From assembly GCF_006345805.1 (NCBI RefSeq), contig NC_043008.1, positions 34,038,001-34,102,000 on the forward strand: a DNA stretch of 64,000 nt. The letters run 5' to 3'. The notes under the pieces were generated by a model. The model made no database searches and was not told the origin of the DNA. It was given only the letters and a program-made list of their open reading frames with translations. Positions 1-12,796 of the stretch are shown piece after piece. Positions within the stretch are counted from its first letter, which is position 1. Every line of letters begins with the position of its first letter. Origin of the DNA: Octopus sinensis. Its lineage: Eukaryota. The position numbers were made by a program, and so were the translations under genes.

Positions 1-138
1 TGTAGTTGTGATGCATGTGTCCGGTGTATTCTTATCATATGGGTAGTCATGATGGGTATATTGGGCTTTGTACCCCAGTGTCACTTTGATATCATGCACT
101 GCTCTCTCACTCACTCAATAAAAATAATAATAATAATG

Positions 139-190
<52 letters not shown>

Positions 191-201
191 TAATAATAAT
201 A
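1..201 (+). mobile_element. 3' tail of the same LINE-tail family plus (AAT)n
   Basis: taccccagtgtcactttgat..catgcactgctctctcactca matches about 1770-1820. Confidence 0.75.
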
Positions 202-471
202 ACAAGAGCACTCAGAGAGTGCAAACCTTCAATGAGGCAACACCAATGTCCTCTTGACAATTAGCCAGAGATGATTATTAAAATGAGAATATCTGAAATA
301 AAGTCGACTGCTTTCACAAATGAGAATACTAAAAATGAACCCGACTGCTTTCAAAAATTAAGTAAAAAAGAACCTGAAAAATAATCTAGTATTTTTGTCC
401 GGTCCCAATGGTAGTCATGGAATGTAAAGGTGGGTGTGTAGGCCGTGTTTGTAACACTGTGTGTGTGTGTT

Positions 472-1820
472 CTCTGCAGTGAGAAGAGACAGTTTTCTCT
501 ATGAAGGCCTATTCATATTCTTTCCAACTGTTCATTAGCATTGAAGAGGTATACATGGAGACACAACTTGGTCCTTAAGGTTATCTTCAATGCTATAAAG
601 AGCCAAATTCATCTCAACAACACTGAGAAAAAACCGTCTAGAGATTTCGTTACCTTTGTGTGATCAGGCCAGCGGGGCCGTTTCAAGAAGAAGATCAAGA
701 AATTTCCTGTGAGAGATGAAAAGTGGAATGGCTATTGGGAGGTGACTGCAGATTTGCCTGGGTGCCAGGGATTCTTTCCCATCCCAATTATGAAGAAACC
801 AGACATTTTGATGTGGTGTGAAAGAAGGAAAGTTGTAAATCTAGTCGAATTAAGGGTTCCTCATGAAGATAATATGGACGCCACTCGGGCTCAAAAGATT
901 GACCATTATGTAAATCTCCTCGAGGAATGTGAAGACACAGGCTGGAAAGCGGAACATTTTCCAATCGAAGTCGGATGTAGAGGGTTCGTTGGACACAGTG
1001 TGAGACGACTGTTGTTATCATTAGGCCTAACTCATCGTAAAGTCAATACCACCATGACTGATATCCAAACTACAGTGGAGAAGGCTAGCCACTGGATTTG
1101 GTTAAAAAGAGACGATGAGCGATGGCTAGAAGAATATTGAGCTTTATTTGATAACCAGCTGATCTAGCAAGCAGGGTCTCATATCAGTGAGGGGGTGGGG
1201 GCGGTGCGTGTTGATGCTGTTGAGAGGAAGGTCCCGAAATGGCATGCATTCTCTCCTGATCACCCCATACACTTGCTGGCTTCTGATATGCAGAGTTTTT
1301 GACTGGTAGCACTTGCATGTGCAAGTTGTTTGCAAGACATGATTGGAAGTGTTATCATGTACATGTTTCGTCTTGGTATAAAAGATGGGCTACAGCAAAT
1401 ATTCTGCTCAATACCACAGATTCGCTTGTCAGTTGCTTGACCATAACCAGTTGAGCATGTTCTTTAATGGCTGACAGTATGTACATCTTTGGTCACAAGC
1501 AGAAGCAGTTGGTGAGCATCATAGCTATGTGTTGAAAGGAATTCTTTGGGGTTTGAATAATTCATCCCTGGAAACATGGGTGTCTTGTTCATCATCCTTC
1601 AACAAACCCTATTCAAGGACTTTTGAGCAGGATGGGGCTACTCAACCTGAAGAAAGACACCACCTGGTCATGCACTGTTTATCTTGATATGAAATCACAT
1701 GTCATGCATATATGGTTGTGATGCACCCTTATCAGACAGGTAGTCATGATATGTATATTGAGCTTCATATATTTGTACCCCAGTGTCACTTTGATGGCAT
1801 GCACTACTCTCTCACTCAAT
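472..1820 (+). mobile_element. 5'-truncated HERO-like RLE non-LTR retrotransposon: C-terminal zinc-knuckle/endonuclease plus long 3' tail ending in (AAT)n
   Basis: In frame from 472: HILSNC..ALKRYTWRHNLVL, KPDILMW, VELRVPHEDN, FPIEVGCRGF, with two internal stops; tail runs into (AAT)n at about 1820-1920. Confidence 0.8.
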
Positions 1821-1850
1821 AATAATAACAATAATAATGATAATAATAAC

Positions 1851-1892
<42 letters not shown>

Positions 1893-2413
1893 TAATAATA
1901 ATAATAATGATAATAATAATAGCAACAACAATTAAATTTGATTAATTTATATTTTATTGGCTAAAGACAAAGATAGCGCCCATGACTAAACAGATCCTCC
2001 AAGACTGAAGAGCATTTTGTTGCTAATGTTCCTTTGAAACAGTTGCACATCAACACCACAAGGAAAATCTAAGCTGAAGAAGATTCCAGAAAGGCCAATG
2101 GTCAAGAGCAAAAGGACTGAGCATAGTTCTTAGGGCAGGGTCAGATGAGGGTTGGGGCGATAAGATATAACAAAGGTGATAAGAGCTGAAGAAACATGTG
2201 AGTAGGACGACAGAAGTGCCTTAGGGATGAATGTATGCATTGTGTGTGCACAAGCATGTGTGTGGGTGTGCATGTGTACGTGTGTGTGTGTGTGTGAGTG
2301 TGTGTGTGCATGTTTGTGCGTGTCTATTATAGATACACATGTCGTTGCTATTTACCTCAGTTTGGCCATGTCTGAGCAAACCTGTGATCAAAGGTATTCC
2401 ATTCATAACCATA

Positions 2414-2573
2414 GGCACAGGCATGGCTGCATGGTAAGAAACCTGCTTCCTAACCACATGGTTCCAGGTTCAGTCCCACCATGTGCCATCTTGAACAAAT
2501 GTCTTCTACTATAGCCTCAGGCCAAAAAAGCCTGTGACTGGATTTAGTAGATGGAAACTAAAAGAAGCCTGTC

Positions 2574-2608
<35 letters not shown>

Positions 2609-2815
2609 TTTGTGTCTGTGTTTGTCCCCCCCCCCCATAACTGCTTGACAAATGGTGTTGGTGTGTTTAGATACTCATAACTTCAGCAAAAGGAACCAAT
2701 AAATAAATACTAGGCTTAAAAAAAAAAATCGTGGGTCGACTTGTTCGACTAAAATCCTTCAAGGCAGTGCTCCAGCATGGCTGTAGTCAAATAAGTCAAA
2801 CAAGTAAAAGAATAA
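2414..2815 (+). mobile_element. tRNA-derived SINE with a CORE-like body (octopus OR2-like); relatives at 3620-3825(-), 15283-15563(+), 24340-24760(+), 27380-27560(-), 37045-37240(-)
   Basis: A/B-box-like head (tggctgcatggtaaga..ggttcagtccc), ccttgggcaagtgtc-like core, internal (GT)n, shared tail ccagcatggc..gactgaaacaagtaaaag. Confidence 0.75.
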
Positions 2816-2989
2816 AATTTTAAAATCTCATGTTTTTTTAACATAGTGTACCTGAAACAACATAAACCAATGTGCTCTTCCTGTTTTATGATGGTAAGGT
2901 TAGAGATGAGAAAGATTTAACTGCTATTTCTACTCAGTCAGATAAACATGAGGAAGCTCCCTCATTAGCACACAGGTACACATATTTGT

Positions 2990-3205
2990 AAGGTGGCGAG
3001 TTGGCAGTAACATTAGCATACCAGGCAAAATGCTTAGCGGTTTTTTGTCTGTCTTTACATTCTGAGTTCAAATTCCGCCAAGGTTGACTTTACCTATCAT
3101 CTTTTCAGGGTAGATAAATTGAGTACCAGTTGCATACCGGGGTCGATATAATCGACTTACCCCCTCCCTACAAATTTCGGGCCTTGTGTCTAGAGTAGAA
3201 AAGAA
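2990..3205 (+). mobile_element. Second tRNA-derived SINE family; relatives at 15960-16085, 18415-18580, 19760-19985, 20945-21100, 21865-22065, 41975-42160 (all -)
   Basis: ggcgagttggcag..gttcaaattccgcc head; shared taagtaccag..ggggtcgat..atcgac body and gggccttgtg tail. Confidence 0.75.
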
Positions 3206-3329
3206 AAGGTACACATATTTGTAATGGGAAATTTTGAGTACTGAGTGTGACTGATCTGACTTTCAATAAAGTGTGATATATTTTCTCTATTTCCAAAAGT
3301 CATTCAAATATTTTGTTTACTTTCAGATT

Positions 3330-3375
3330 ATGAATCGCATTTTCATTTTACTTTCTCTCCTGCAAATAGTTTATA
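3330..3375 (+). CDS. First coding exon of the secreted PLAT/LH2-domain gene: signal peptide MNRIFILLSLLQIVY(S)
   Basis: Acceptor tttgtttactttcAG at 3325-3326 (implies an upstream UTR exon), ATG at 3330, hydrophobic core IFILLSLLQIV, strong donor GTAAGT at 3376; ends phase 1. Confidence 0.7.
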
Positions 3376-3834
3376 GTAAGTATTCTAACTTATAACTTCT
3401 TTCATGAATTCTTGAAATATTAATTTTCATCTCATCAAAAACATAGACATCGATTCATTTCTGTTTTACATAATGTTACATTCTTATATTTCAGTTGCAT
3501 TATCATAATTGTGTGTGTGATGTGTGTTTGTGTGCATGTGTGTGTGCGTGTATGCATACACACATGCATATATGTGTGTGTGAGTTTGTGTGTAAAATGA
3601 AACAAAATATAAACGAGTGTTTTACCTTTTACTCTTTTAAGTCATTGGATTGTGGCCATGCTGGGGCACTGTCAAACAAATCAACCAGAACACATACTTT
3701 TTTTTAAACCTGGTATTCATTCTATCAGCCTCTTTTGCTGAATCGCTAAGTCATGGTTATGTAAACAAACCAACACTAGTTGCCAAGCAGTGGTAGGGGA
3801 CAAATACAAACACAAAAACAGATCCACAAATCAA

Positions 3835-4000
3835 TATACCATATTTTATAAGGAACCCTCGTGTATAAGGAACTCCCTAATTTTGGGGGCTTAAAATTTG
3901 GGAAAATGGTTTTGTGCTATCCATATATAAGAAACTCCCATATTTTTAACCTAATTTTTGAAAACAAAAGGGTTCCTTATACATGTTATAATAGGGTATA
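3835..4000. mobile_element. Small MITE, pogo/Tc1-like
   Basis: Imperfect inverted ends (tatacc..tataaggaaccct / agggttccttata..gggtata) in TA context. Confidence 0.5.
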
Positions 4001-4002
4001 TA

Positions 4003-4204
4003 TGAGGTGGAGTGCTGAAAAGTCCTGGCTTTAAGGCTTTCCTGAAAAGCCTGGCTGGAGGCCCAAACTTAAAGGTCTTTTGCAGGGTTTAGAAAAACTG
4101 AAGGACCATTGCATGAAAGGGGAATACTTTGAATAAAATTTTAGTTAACTAATCCTCCTGTATTTTCTCTTACCCAAAGCCAGGAACTTTTCAGCACTCC
4201 CTCA
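4003..4204 (+). mobile_element. Mariner-derived MITE
   Basis: TIRs gag..gagtgctgaaaagt.cctggcttt / aaagccaggaacttttcagcactccctc; remnant of the transposase end (ggggaatactttgaataa). Confidence 0.65.
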
Positions 4205-6413
4205 TGTGTGTGTGTGTGTGTATCATCATTACATCATCATCATCATTTAGAGTCTGCTTTCCATGCTAGCATGGGTTAGACAGTTTGACTGAAACTGGTA
4301 AGCTGGAGAGCTGCACTAAGTTCTAGTCATGGCATGGTTTCTAAGGCTGGATGCCCTTCACAACACCAACCACTCCATAAAGTATACTGGGTGCCTTTTA
4401 CATGTCACTGGCATGGGTCCCAGTTACGTGATACTTGCATCAGTCAAAACTCTGATTTCATTTGGTTTGATGAGTTTTCTCATGCACAGCAAATTGCCAA
4501 AGGTCTCGGTCACTTGTCATTGCCTCCATGAGGCCCAATGTTCAGTTATGCATTCCACGTGCATTTTATGTGTCAGTTATGTGACATTAGCATTGGCCAC
4601 AACTACTATTCCACTTGGCTTGATGAATCTTCTCAAGCACAACACATCACTAAAGGTCTTGGTCAATTCTCATTGCCTCAATGAGGCCAACTATTTGAAG
4701 ATTATGCTTCACCACCCTATTCTATGTCTTTCTGGGTGTACCTCTATCACAGGTTCCCTGCACAGTTAGAAATCAACATTTCTTTACCCACCTATCCTCG
4801 TCCATATGCATCGCATAACTATAGCAGTGAAGTTGTCTCTCTTGCACACCACATCTGATGCCTCTTATGCCCAACTTTCCTCTCAAGATGCTTACACTCT
4901 GTCGTACATGCACACTGACATTGCACAGCCAGCAAAGTACATTAACTTCATTTCTTTCAAGCCTATGCATGTCCTCAGTGGTCATCGCCCATGTTTCACT
5001 ACTGTGTAGCATGGCTGTTTATACACAGACATCAAACACACTGCCTTTCATTCTGTAAGAGAGGCCCTATGTTACCAACAGAGGTAGGAGCTCTCCGAAC
5101 TTTGCCCAGCCTATTCTTATTCTATCAGTTATTCCCCAGAGCATCCACTTTGGCTAATGACTTGCTCACATTGATAATGGATGCTATCAACTACTTTTAG
5201 GTGTCCTCCCTGGTATTTGCTGAAGTCCATTTTCTGAACATTTTTAGTGTTTATTGTAATTGTACACCTTCCACATTCAAAATCTATTTCCCCTGTTAAT
5301 CTTCGTCTGATATTGCTGCACTTCTTATGTGTCCATAGCTTGTACATCTTATGGAGTTTCTACTTACGCCTTTTCCACATACTGAGGAGGGCCATCTATA
5401 TGAAGGAATTTGTGATTGGTTCACTTTCCTAGGATCTAGGATCTTGGTTTTTGCTAAATCAACTTTAAGTCTCTTTGATTCTAGATCTTGCTTCCACACC
5501 TAAAATTTCTTCTCTAGTTCTGGTAGTAATTTGGCAATAAGAATAAGGTCATCAGTACAGAGGAGCTCCCAGGGACAGCCCGACTTAAATTCCTCTGTTA
5601 TTGCCTGGAGGACTATGAAGAACAAGAGGGAGCTGAGGATTGATCATTGGTGAACCCTTACTCATACCCTGAATTCATCGTAGTAATTGTTGCCAACTCA
5701 CACCTTACTGAGAGCCTCTCTGTACATGGCTTGTACAGCTCTAATTACTCCACATTGACCACCAGATAAGAGAGTGGGAGACCCTGTCAAAGGCTTTCTC
5801 CATATCAACAAAAACCAAGTATAGAGGTTTATTTTTGGCTCAGTATTCCTCCTTCAGCTTCCTTACCAGAAATATAGCACAGGTGGTGCTTCTCCCTGGC
5901 ACAAAACCAAACTGTGTCTCATTTAGACTAACTCTCTTCCTAATTAGTTGGGCTACAACCCTCTCTATAACTTTCATTGCCTGATGCAACAATTTGATAC
6001 CTCTGTAATTATTTCTGTCTAAGCTGTTGCCTTTACCTTTGAGCAGCTGACAATAGTGTTGCCATACCAGTCATTTGGTATAACTTCCTCAGGTATAACC
6101 TGAGTAACTAGACTATAACCAACACTGTCAGGTATTTTAAACATCTCAGCAGTGATTCCTGATAGGTTGGGGGCTTTCCTAGTCTTCATATTCTTCATGG
6201 CTTTATCTACCATGCTACTGTCTGTTCTGATTGGTAGGCAGACTTTCCTTCTCCCATGAGTTCATTACATTTAGTAGCCTTTCATAATGGCACTTCCAAG
6301 CCTCTTGTTTTGCGGTGTCACTAATTACCAGTGAATCATCATCCATGTGAATACACTTTTTCCCAACAACATCACAGTTTTCCGTGGCCCACTGTTTTGC
6401 AAACCAAAACACT

Positions 6414-8479
6414 TGTAGGGTTAAACGACCGTATGTAAGGAGTTGGCGACAAATGTCTCCTTTAGAATGCCGCACGGTCGTTCCCTAACATAAATAAGAA
6501 AGCCAAATACATGGATATAAAAAACAGTGCCAAAGGAATGAATGATGACAACAAGCCGTTCTACTGTTTGAGAGAGAAGAGGACTTTATTTACAATGTGT
6601 ACAATGAGAGTGTGTGTGAGTGTTAGCGAGGTGTTGTGTATGTGAGCATGCGACAAGTGTTTGTGTCTGTGTGTCCGTGTGTGCGACAGAAGGTACAAAT
6701 AAAGGTGCATGCATATAACAGAGAACAGAGCATAAGATACATCTCAGCATATTGAGTTAAGATAGAGTTAGTTTACCAGTTCATGAGTTACACAATAGTA
6801 AGTTCTATAACAAGATGTTGTGGCTCATGTGGCAGAGCCGGTTACTACACATGTAGAAGTTGTGGCTATCATGCCGTACCGAGTCTCTTGATATAGATAG
6901 TTCTTTTGGTAGACTGACTGTTTCTTCTCGGTGAAAGATTCACACAAACAGCGTGAGTTAAACTTGGTCGAGTCGTTGATGTATACATGTTGAAATTGAC
7001 GGAGATGTAGACGACGATGGTGGAGACAACGTAAAGCTGTGGGTGTACATTAGCGTTGTCGTAGCTGAAGCAGGAGCATGGCTGGCAGGCTGGTCGTCTG
7101 TCGTTGGAACTGGAACATGGCTGAGTAGCGCTGTGATCAGTGGCTAGACCTTAAAAGGTCTAAATCCGAAAGACGTGGGCGATGTAAGTACCGGATACAT
7201 TCAAAACAGTGTTTTTTTTTATATATGGAGGGGTTAGAGTTAGGGTTTCTATTAGGGTTAGGGTGGGAAAAAAGGGGGATCTTTTCCTTTTGAACGGCAG
7301 TTTTCAACACAATTTCCAGTTAACTAATCACTTTTAAACTTCGTATACTGGTAGAATGTGTCAAAATAAAACATTTTTTTCTCTTGGTTTTCTTGAGAAA
7401 ATTGTAATTTGTAAGTTTAATGTAGTTTAATTTTTCGAATTTTAACCAATCCTGTGCCCTCTTTTGAGCTAAAATCATTTGCTGCGTCTAAAACTGAGAC
7501 AACATCCTGTCACTAACCCTAACCCTCACCCTAACCCAAACCCTAAATTTTAGCCTTTCGTTTTTTTGTCTTAATTGTTAAATTAATTTAATTGTTACGT
7601 GTGTGTCTAAAATTATTCGTTTTGTTTTTGTTTTGAGTTTTTGCTTTCGTTTTAGCCTTTTGTTTTTTTTTTTTCTTAATTGTTAAATTAAAATTATCTT
7701 CCATTGATTTCGTTTTAGCCTTTCGTTTTTTTTTCTTAATTGTCATCCTTAAATTAATTTAACAAATAAAAAAAAAACAAAAAATGAAAGGCTAAAATTT
7801 AGGGTTACGATTAGTGACAGGATGTTGTCTGTTTTAGACACAGCAAATGATTTTAGCTCGATAGAGGGCATAGGATTGGTTAAAATTCGAAAAAGTAAAC
7901 TACGTTAAACAAACGAATTACAATTTTCTCAAGAAAGCCAAGAGAAAAAAATGTTTTATTTTGACACATTCTACCAGTATACGAAGTTTTAAAGTGTTTA
8001 GTTAACTAGAAATTGTGTTGAAAACTGCCATTCAAAAGGAAAAGATCCGACAAGGGTTTCTGTTATCTTCAGAAATGTAAACAAAGTCACCCTAACACAA
8101 ACCCTAACCCTAACCTTAACCCTAACCTTAACCCTAACCCTAACCCCCATATATATAAAAAAAACACTTTTTTGAAATGTATCTGGTACTTCCGGAAGTA
8201 CACCAGTACTTATATCGTAACATCGCCGAATAGGGTGTAGTGAAAATGCTAGCCTATTTAAGGAGTTAAACTGGCTCAAAGAAGGGCATCTTATCCGAAG
8301 GTCATGATTGGTTGGCTTTACACCCTGGCGCAAAATAAGTAGAGAGACAACTCGCGCTAGATGCCAACCAGTCAGAGCAGTGGACACAACAGGGTCAAAC
8401 TAGCCAAAGATGGTTGTAATCTCAAACAAAATCATTCTTATTGTGTCTCCCAAAGAGTGAGGATATCAATATCGCTACA
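6414..8479. mobile_element. Solo LTR, Gypsy-type, interrupted by a fold-back element
   Basis: Ends TGTAG...CTACA; 4-bp TSD CACT at 6410-6413 and 8480-8483; AATAAA on the - strand near 6585. Confidence 0.75.
7178..8227. mobile_element. Fold-back/MITE with long inverted arms and TTAGGG-like arrays; inner MITE 7277-8048 has GGATCTTTTCCTTTTGAA termini
   Basis: ggcgatgt...acatcgcc outer ends; 7277-7560 is the inverse of about 7790-8048; (CCCTAA)-like runs at 7515-7545 and 8100-8146. Confidence 0.85.
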
Positions 8480-9139
8480 CACTTCAAGTCACTGGTCTTC
8501 ATGCTGCAGAACATTGGCAAACTTGTTCCCTTTTGCTTTACCCCTGGCTTCCCTTTTAGTTGTCTAATATAGACAACTTGCTACTGCCACACTTCCTGTC
8601 CTTCCAAGTCTATTTCTTTACTTTAATGGTCCTGTCAGCTACACTGTTCCACCACCACATCAATCTTGGCCTAGTTGGGACTTTGCACCTAGTTATTCCT
8701 CTACTGCATTCTTCACATCTTCACCAAACTGTAGCCATTAACATTCAGACTTTCTGCAAGCATTTCATTGATATTGTGCTTCAAAGCTTCAATACGGTTG
8801 TGTCAGGCATTCCAAGAAAAATACATACATGATGCAAAACGCTTCAAGTAAGGTATAAAATCCCTAATGCCTACTCCAATTGCGATCTCATTTCATGGAC
8901 TTTCATTTATTACTAACTGCCAAAGTTGTGTTCAAAAAGATTTATTCATTACTCAAGTTCTTAATATCATATCATAAACTGCTAACGAAAATGGTAATTA
9001 TACATTTTACGCTTATCAACTTGAAGCGACTTCCTAATGCGGGCTAATTCAACTTAAACCATCCATACTATTATATATCCAACATACAAGGATATAAAAA
9101 AATAATAGGTTTATTAAAAGAAATGGAAAAATAAGCGAT

Positions 9140-9620
9140 GAAATTATTTGGTTTAACCCAAGTTTCAATTCGCAAATAAAATCAAAAATAAGTCAGGAAT
9201 TCTTCTGAGCATTAGATAGACATTTCCCAAAATGTGCCAAATATCGCAAAATTATCAACAGGCATATGTGACATCTCATGGGAACACCGAAATATGTATA
9301 CACTGGTGGTTCAAGAGACACCTTGAAAAATCGTCTGCACCACTATATTACGTCATTTTCCAATGTAAACAAAAGGTACTCCACATTATTATCTAACCTC
9401 ATCTGGAGGTCTAACATAATTGAATGGAGTATTTGACAAACTGATGTACAATAAAAAATGCTGCACCATACACTAGAACATCGCAGGTTTTATGCATAGG
9501 AAAATCCCTGGAGATCCTCACATCCAGTGAAAACATAATTAATAGACACTCCAAAGTAATCAAATCATGTAAGCATAACAGCAAGGTATCATTCCTCGAA
9601 TTCGAGAAAAACACTAACTG
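9140..9620 (+). mobile_element. Degenerate Penelope-like element (RT thumb/linker plus GIY-YIG endonuclease)
   Basis: IWFNPSFNSQIKSKISQEFF*ALDRHFP..RKIINR; YTGGS..LKNR..STLLSNLIW..INRHSKVIKSCKH. Confidence 0.75.
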
Positions 9621-10265
9621 CCTTTAGCATATAATAAAAAACGAGAGGAACATATTAACAACTAAATGAAACAACCATTATCCTTACATGCTATATGATA
9701 TACCATTATACCACCAAAAGTAATTAAAAGGACATTTTAACAGAAAATCTTTTGTCAACTCAGACAAGGAACTCCAACAACTGAATAGTCTTACATATTG
9801 ACTTTACTACATCTGAATTTACCAAGAGGCCGCCTGCTATAACTAAAGTCAAACCAATGAACTATACTACCCATCCTGATATCTGCATACTCCAATATCA
9901 AAATGAGTCTAACATCACCACACACACACCTCTTCTCTGCTTTATAACTACCATTCCTTTCTCTCTCTCCATCATTTTCTATTCCTCCCTGCCAGATACA
10001 CACAGAAATGCCCTCATACCTCAATCAACCTTTACATTGATCAAAATTGATAAACAAACCTCAGTTATACATCTACTGCTTACATCAACAACATAAATGC
10101 TATATCGCCTGAAGTAATGAAAGCATGAATATGATCCACCTGATGTCCATGGATTCTACGGACAGTACTGTGATCATCCCAGGGATACAGACTATGATTG
10201 TAAAAAACGTGATTTGTAGAAACGTGCATAGTGACGCATTAAAATATTTATAAATTCCATCCATG

Positions 10266-10266
10266 G

Positions 10267-10313
<47 letters not shown>

Positions 10314-10327
10314 CATTATCATCATCA

Positions 10328-10403
<76 letters not shown>

Positions 10404-10410
10404 TATCAGT

Positions 10411-10499
<89 letters not shown>

Positions 10500-11030
10500 T
10501 GAGTGAGTGAGAGAGCAGCGTATGCAATCAAAGTGACACTGGGATAAAATATACCAAGCCCAATATACCTATCATGACTATCAATCTGATAAGGGTACAC
10601 TGGGTACATTACATTACAATCATTCCCCTTTGTATTCTACATTACAATCATATGTGCATGACATTGTGATCTTATATCAAGAGAAACAGGACATAACCTT
10701 GCAGGTGGGCTCAGTTAGAATTTTCTTCAGGTTGAGTAGCCCATCCTGCTCAAAAGGTCCCTGAATAGGTTTGTTGAAGGATGATGCACAAAACACCCAT
10801 GTTTCCAGAGGTGAATTATTCAAATCCCAAATAATTCCTTTCAACACATGGCTATGATGCTCCCCCACTACTTCTGCTCACGACCAGAAATTCACATATC
10901 GTCAGCCACCAAGGGATATGCTCAACTGGTTAAGATCAAACAACTGAAAGCAAATCTGTGGTATTGAGCAGTAGCCCATCATTTATACCAAGACATAACA
11001 ATGTACATGATAATACTTCCAATCAGTTAA
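10266..11030 (-). mobile_element. Third copy of the LINE-tail family with a compound (ATT)n/(ATC)n microsatellite at 10266-10498
   Basis: Reverse complement matches about 1330-1820; microsatellite sits at the 3' end. Confidence 0.75.
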
Positions 11031-11076
11031 GATCAAAAGCCATGAGAGCCACTTCCTGGTACTGTATCAGGGCATT

Positions 11077-11830
11077 TATTATTATTATTATTTCTTCGTA
11101 ACACAGTGAAGATAAAAATTTACCGGAGTCTTTATTTATCTGTCAAGTCACGACAAGGACTTCAGATAGATAATACTTTCCTTAAAATGTGCACTGTGCC
11201 CAATAAGGCTGCTTTTTGCAAAACATCAATTTTGTATGGGATTTCCAGTTACCTTAAGAAGTTTTGAAGTTTCAATGAGATTGAGCCCGATGCTCCGATC
11301 ACCACTGGTTTCACTTTTACATTATCCTTTCGCATTCAATATAGTCTTGCCATTTCCACTTTCAATTCGGAGTACTTGGTGATTTTAAAAATTTCTTTAC
11401 TTACAACATTCATGTCGTTTTTATGGCTACATCAATAATCTAACAGTATTAGTTTCTATTATTGAATATGATAATATCCGACCGACGGTGTTCGATTACA
11501 CGATTCGACTGAAAATCACAGTCCCAGAGTATCGTTAATTTTCCATTCTCCTGCATAACTTTACTTGGTACATGCTCATACCAGTTCTCTTTTGATTTGC
11601 ATAATCTGCATTGGGAATCTATTTGGATTTTGTCTACCTTGACTTTTATCCGATTAGTCCTTAATGCTTGATCTTGTGCAACTGCTTTCTGTCTCCCTCT
11701 TCAGCTTTCCGTTCTGCAACCATAACCATGTTTCACTACTACTGTTTGCTGCAATTATCTTTGGGAATCTATCATGCAATGCCTTCTCCTGCCAGTCAGA
11801 AAATTTCTGTTCTTCTTCTTGGTTTTTAAC
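11077..11830 (-). mobile_element. Old R4/Dong-clade RLE LINE 3' fragment ending in (AAT)n
   Basis: AQDQALRTN, CRLCK, ILWDCDFQSNRVIEHRRSDI, VVIGASG, LGTVHILRKVLSI. Confidence 0.75.
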
Positions 11831-12260
11831 TTGTGGTAGAGGTAGAACCTGTGGTAGAGGTAGACCCAGGAAGATATGGGATAAGGTGGAGAAGCACGAT
11901 CTTCACACTTTGGGCATCACTGAGGCAATGACTAGTGACTGAGACCTTTAGTGATATGCTGTGCTTGAGAAGACCTGTCAAGCGAAATGAAATCGTAGCC
12001 ATGGCTGATGCTGGTGTCACATAACTGGCCCCCATGCCAGTGGCATGTAAAAAAGCACCTTTTAAGCATGGCATATGGAAAGCTCTTTCCAAGTATTAGG
12101 CCTCATGGAGGCAATGATGACTGACCGAAACCTTTGGAATTATGTTGTTCTTGAGAAGAAGACCCATCAAGCCAAGTAAAATCAGACTGGAGTGTAGTGT
12201 AGCCTTCCAGCTTGCCAGCCCTGGTTAAACAGTCCAACCCATGCCAACATGGGCATGATT
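11830..12260 (+). mobile_element. RTE LINE 3' fragments; further RTE 3' tails at 17075-17310, 21270-21490, 47855-48098, 59050-59378
   Basis: GRGRPRKIW motif; shared gcacgtaaaaagca..ccaacccatgccagcatgg..(GAT)n tail. Confidence 0.75.
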
Positions 12261-12284
12261 ATATATATATATATATATATATGT

Positions 12285-12720
12285 TAGAACTTACTGTGGA
12301 CAAGGTTGCATGGCGTTTGATTATAAATAAATAAAAAGTATTCATGAAGTACAGGACATCACCAATGAGTGAAAAATATGTAAACAAACTAGAGACAAGT
12401 ACAGGACAAAATACCAAAAGAAGGTAACACTCCTCATCAGTTGCTGACTGTTTTACTACTCCCTATTTCGTGCTTTCAATGACAAGATAGGAAAACTTTA
12501 TGCTCAGCAGCATCCAGAAATATTTAAAATATAAAATTTGTGAAGAGTTAGGGTTTTGAACGAACGAACAACAACAAAGAGGATGTACAGAGTAAACAAT
12601 CAACAAAGACAACCATTAAGGGCCAGTAGTTAAAATGTACAGAAAACAAAAGACAAAGACAAGTGACAGCACAACAAGTATTATTATGATGCTTGGGAAA
12701 ATTGTGTGCATATGAGAGTA
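12285..12720 (-). mobile_element. Non-autonomous Penelope-like (pLTR-type) repeat; related copy at about 30975-31700(+)
   Basis: Shared cgaaa.atag..gta..aaacag.c..caactga.ga.g block next to (TA)n. Confidence 0.45.
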
Positions 12721-12796
12721 TGTGTGTGTATGTGTATAAGTAACACAGTGCATGCACTATGTGGAGTGGTGTTTGTTCTGTGTATTTATGTATACA

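Larger units (their letters stand above)
4228..8830 (-). mobile_element. Decayed RTE-clade LINE split by an LTR insertion (parts 4228-6413 and 8484-8830)
   Basis: WWWN..V, AWKCHYERLLN, KAPNLSGITAEMFK, LHSSETWA motifs and (GAT)n tail; the frame EDQ*LEV|FWFAKQ continues across the insertion. Confidence 0.85.

Noticed and set aside
8100-8146. (CCCTAA)-like run as a telomere or fusion site
   Set aside because: Short, degenerate and part of MITE arms seen at several places
10192-10527. Poly-N/D, poly-I/M, poly-Y/H and (YI)n, (CV)n, (HT)n ORFs throughout the track
   Set aside because: Translations of microsatellites with no coding signal
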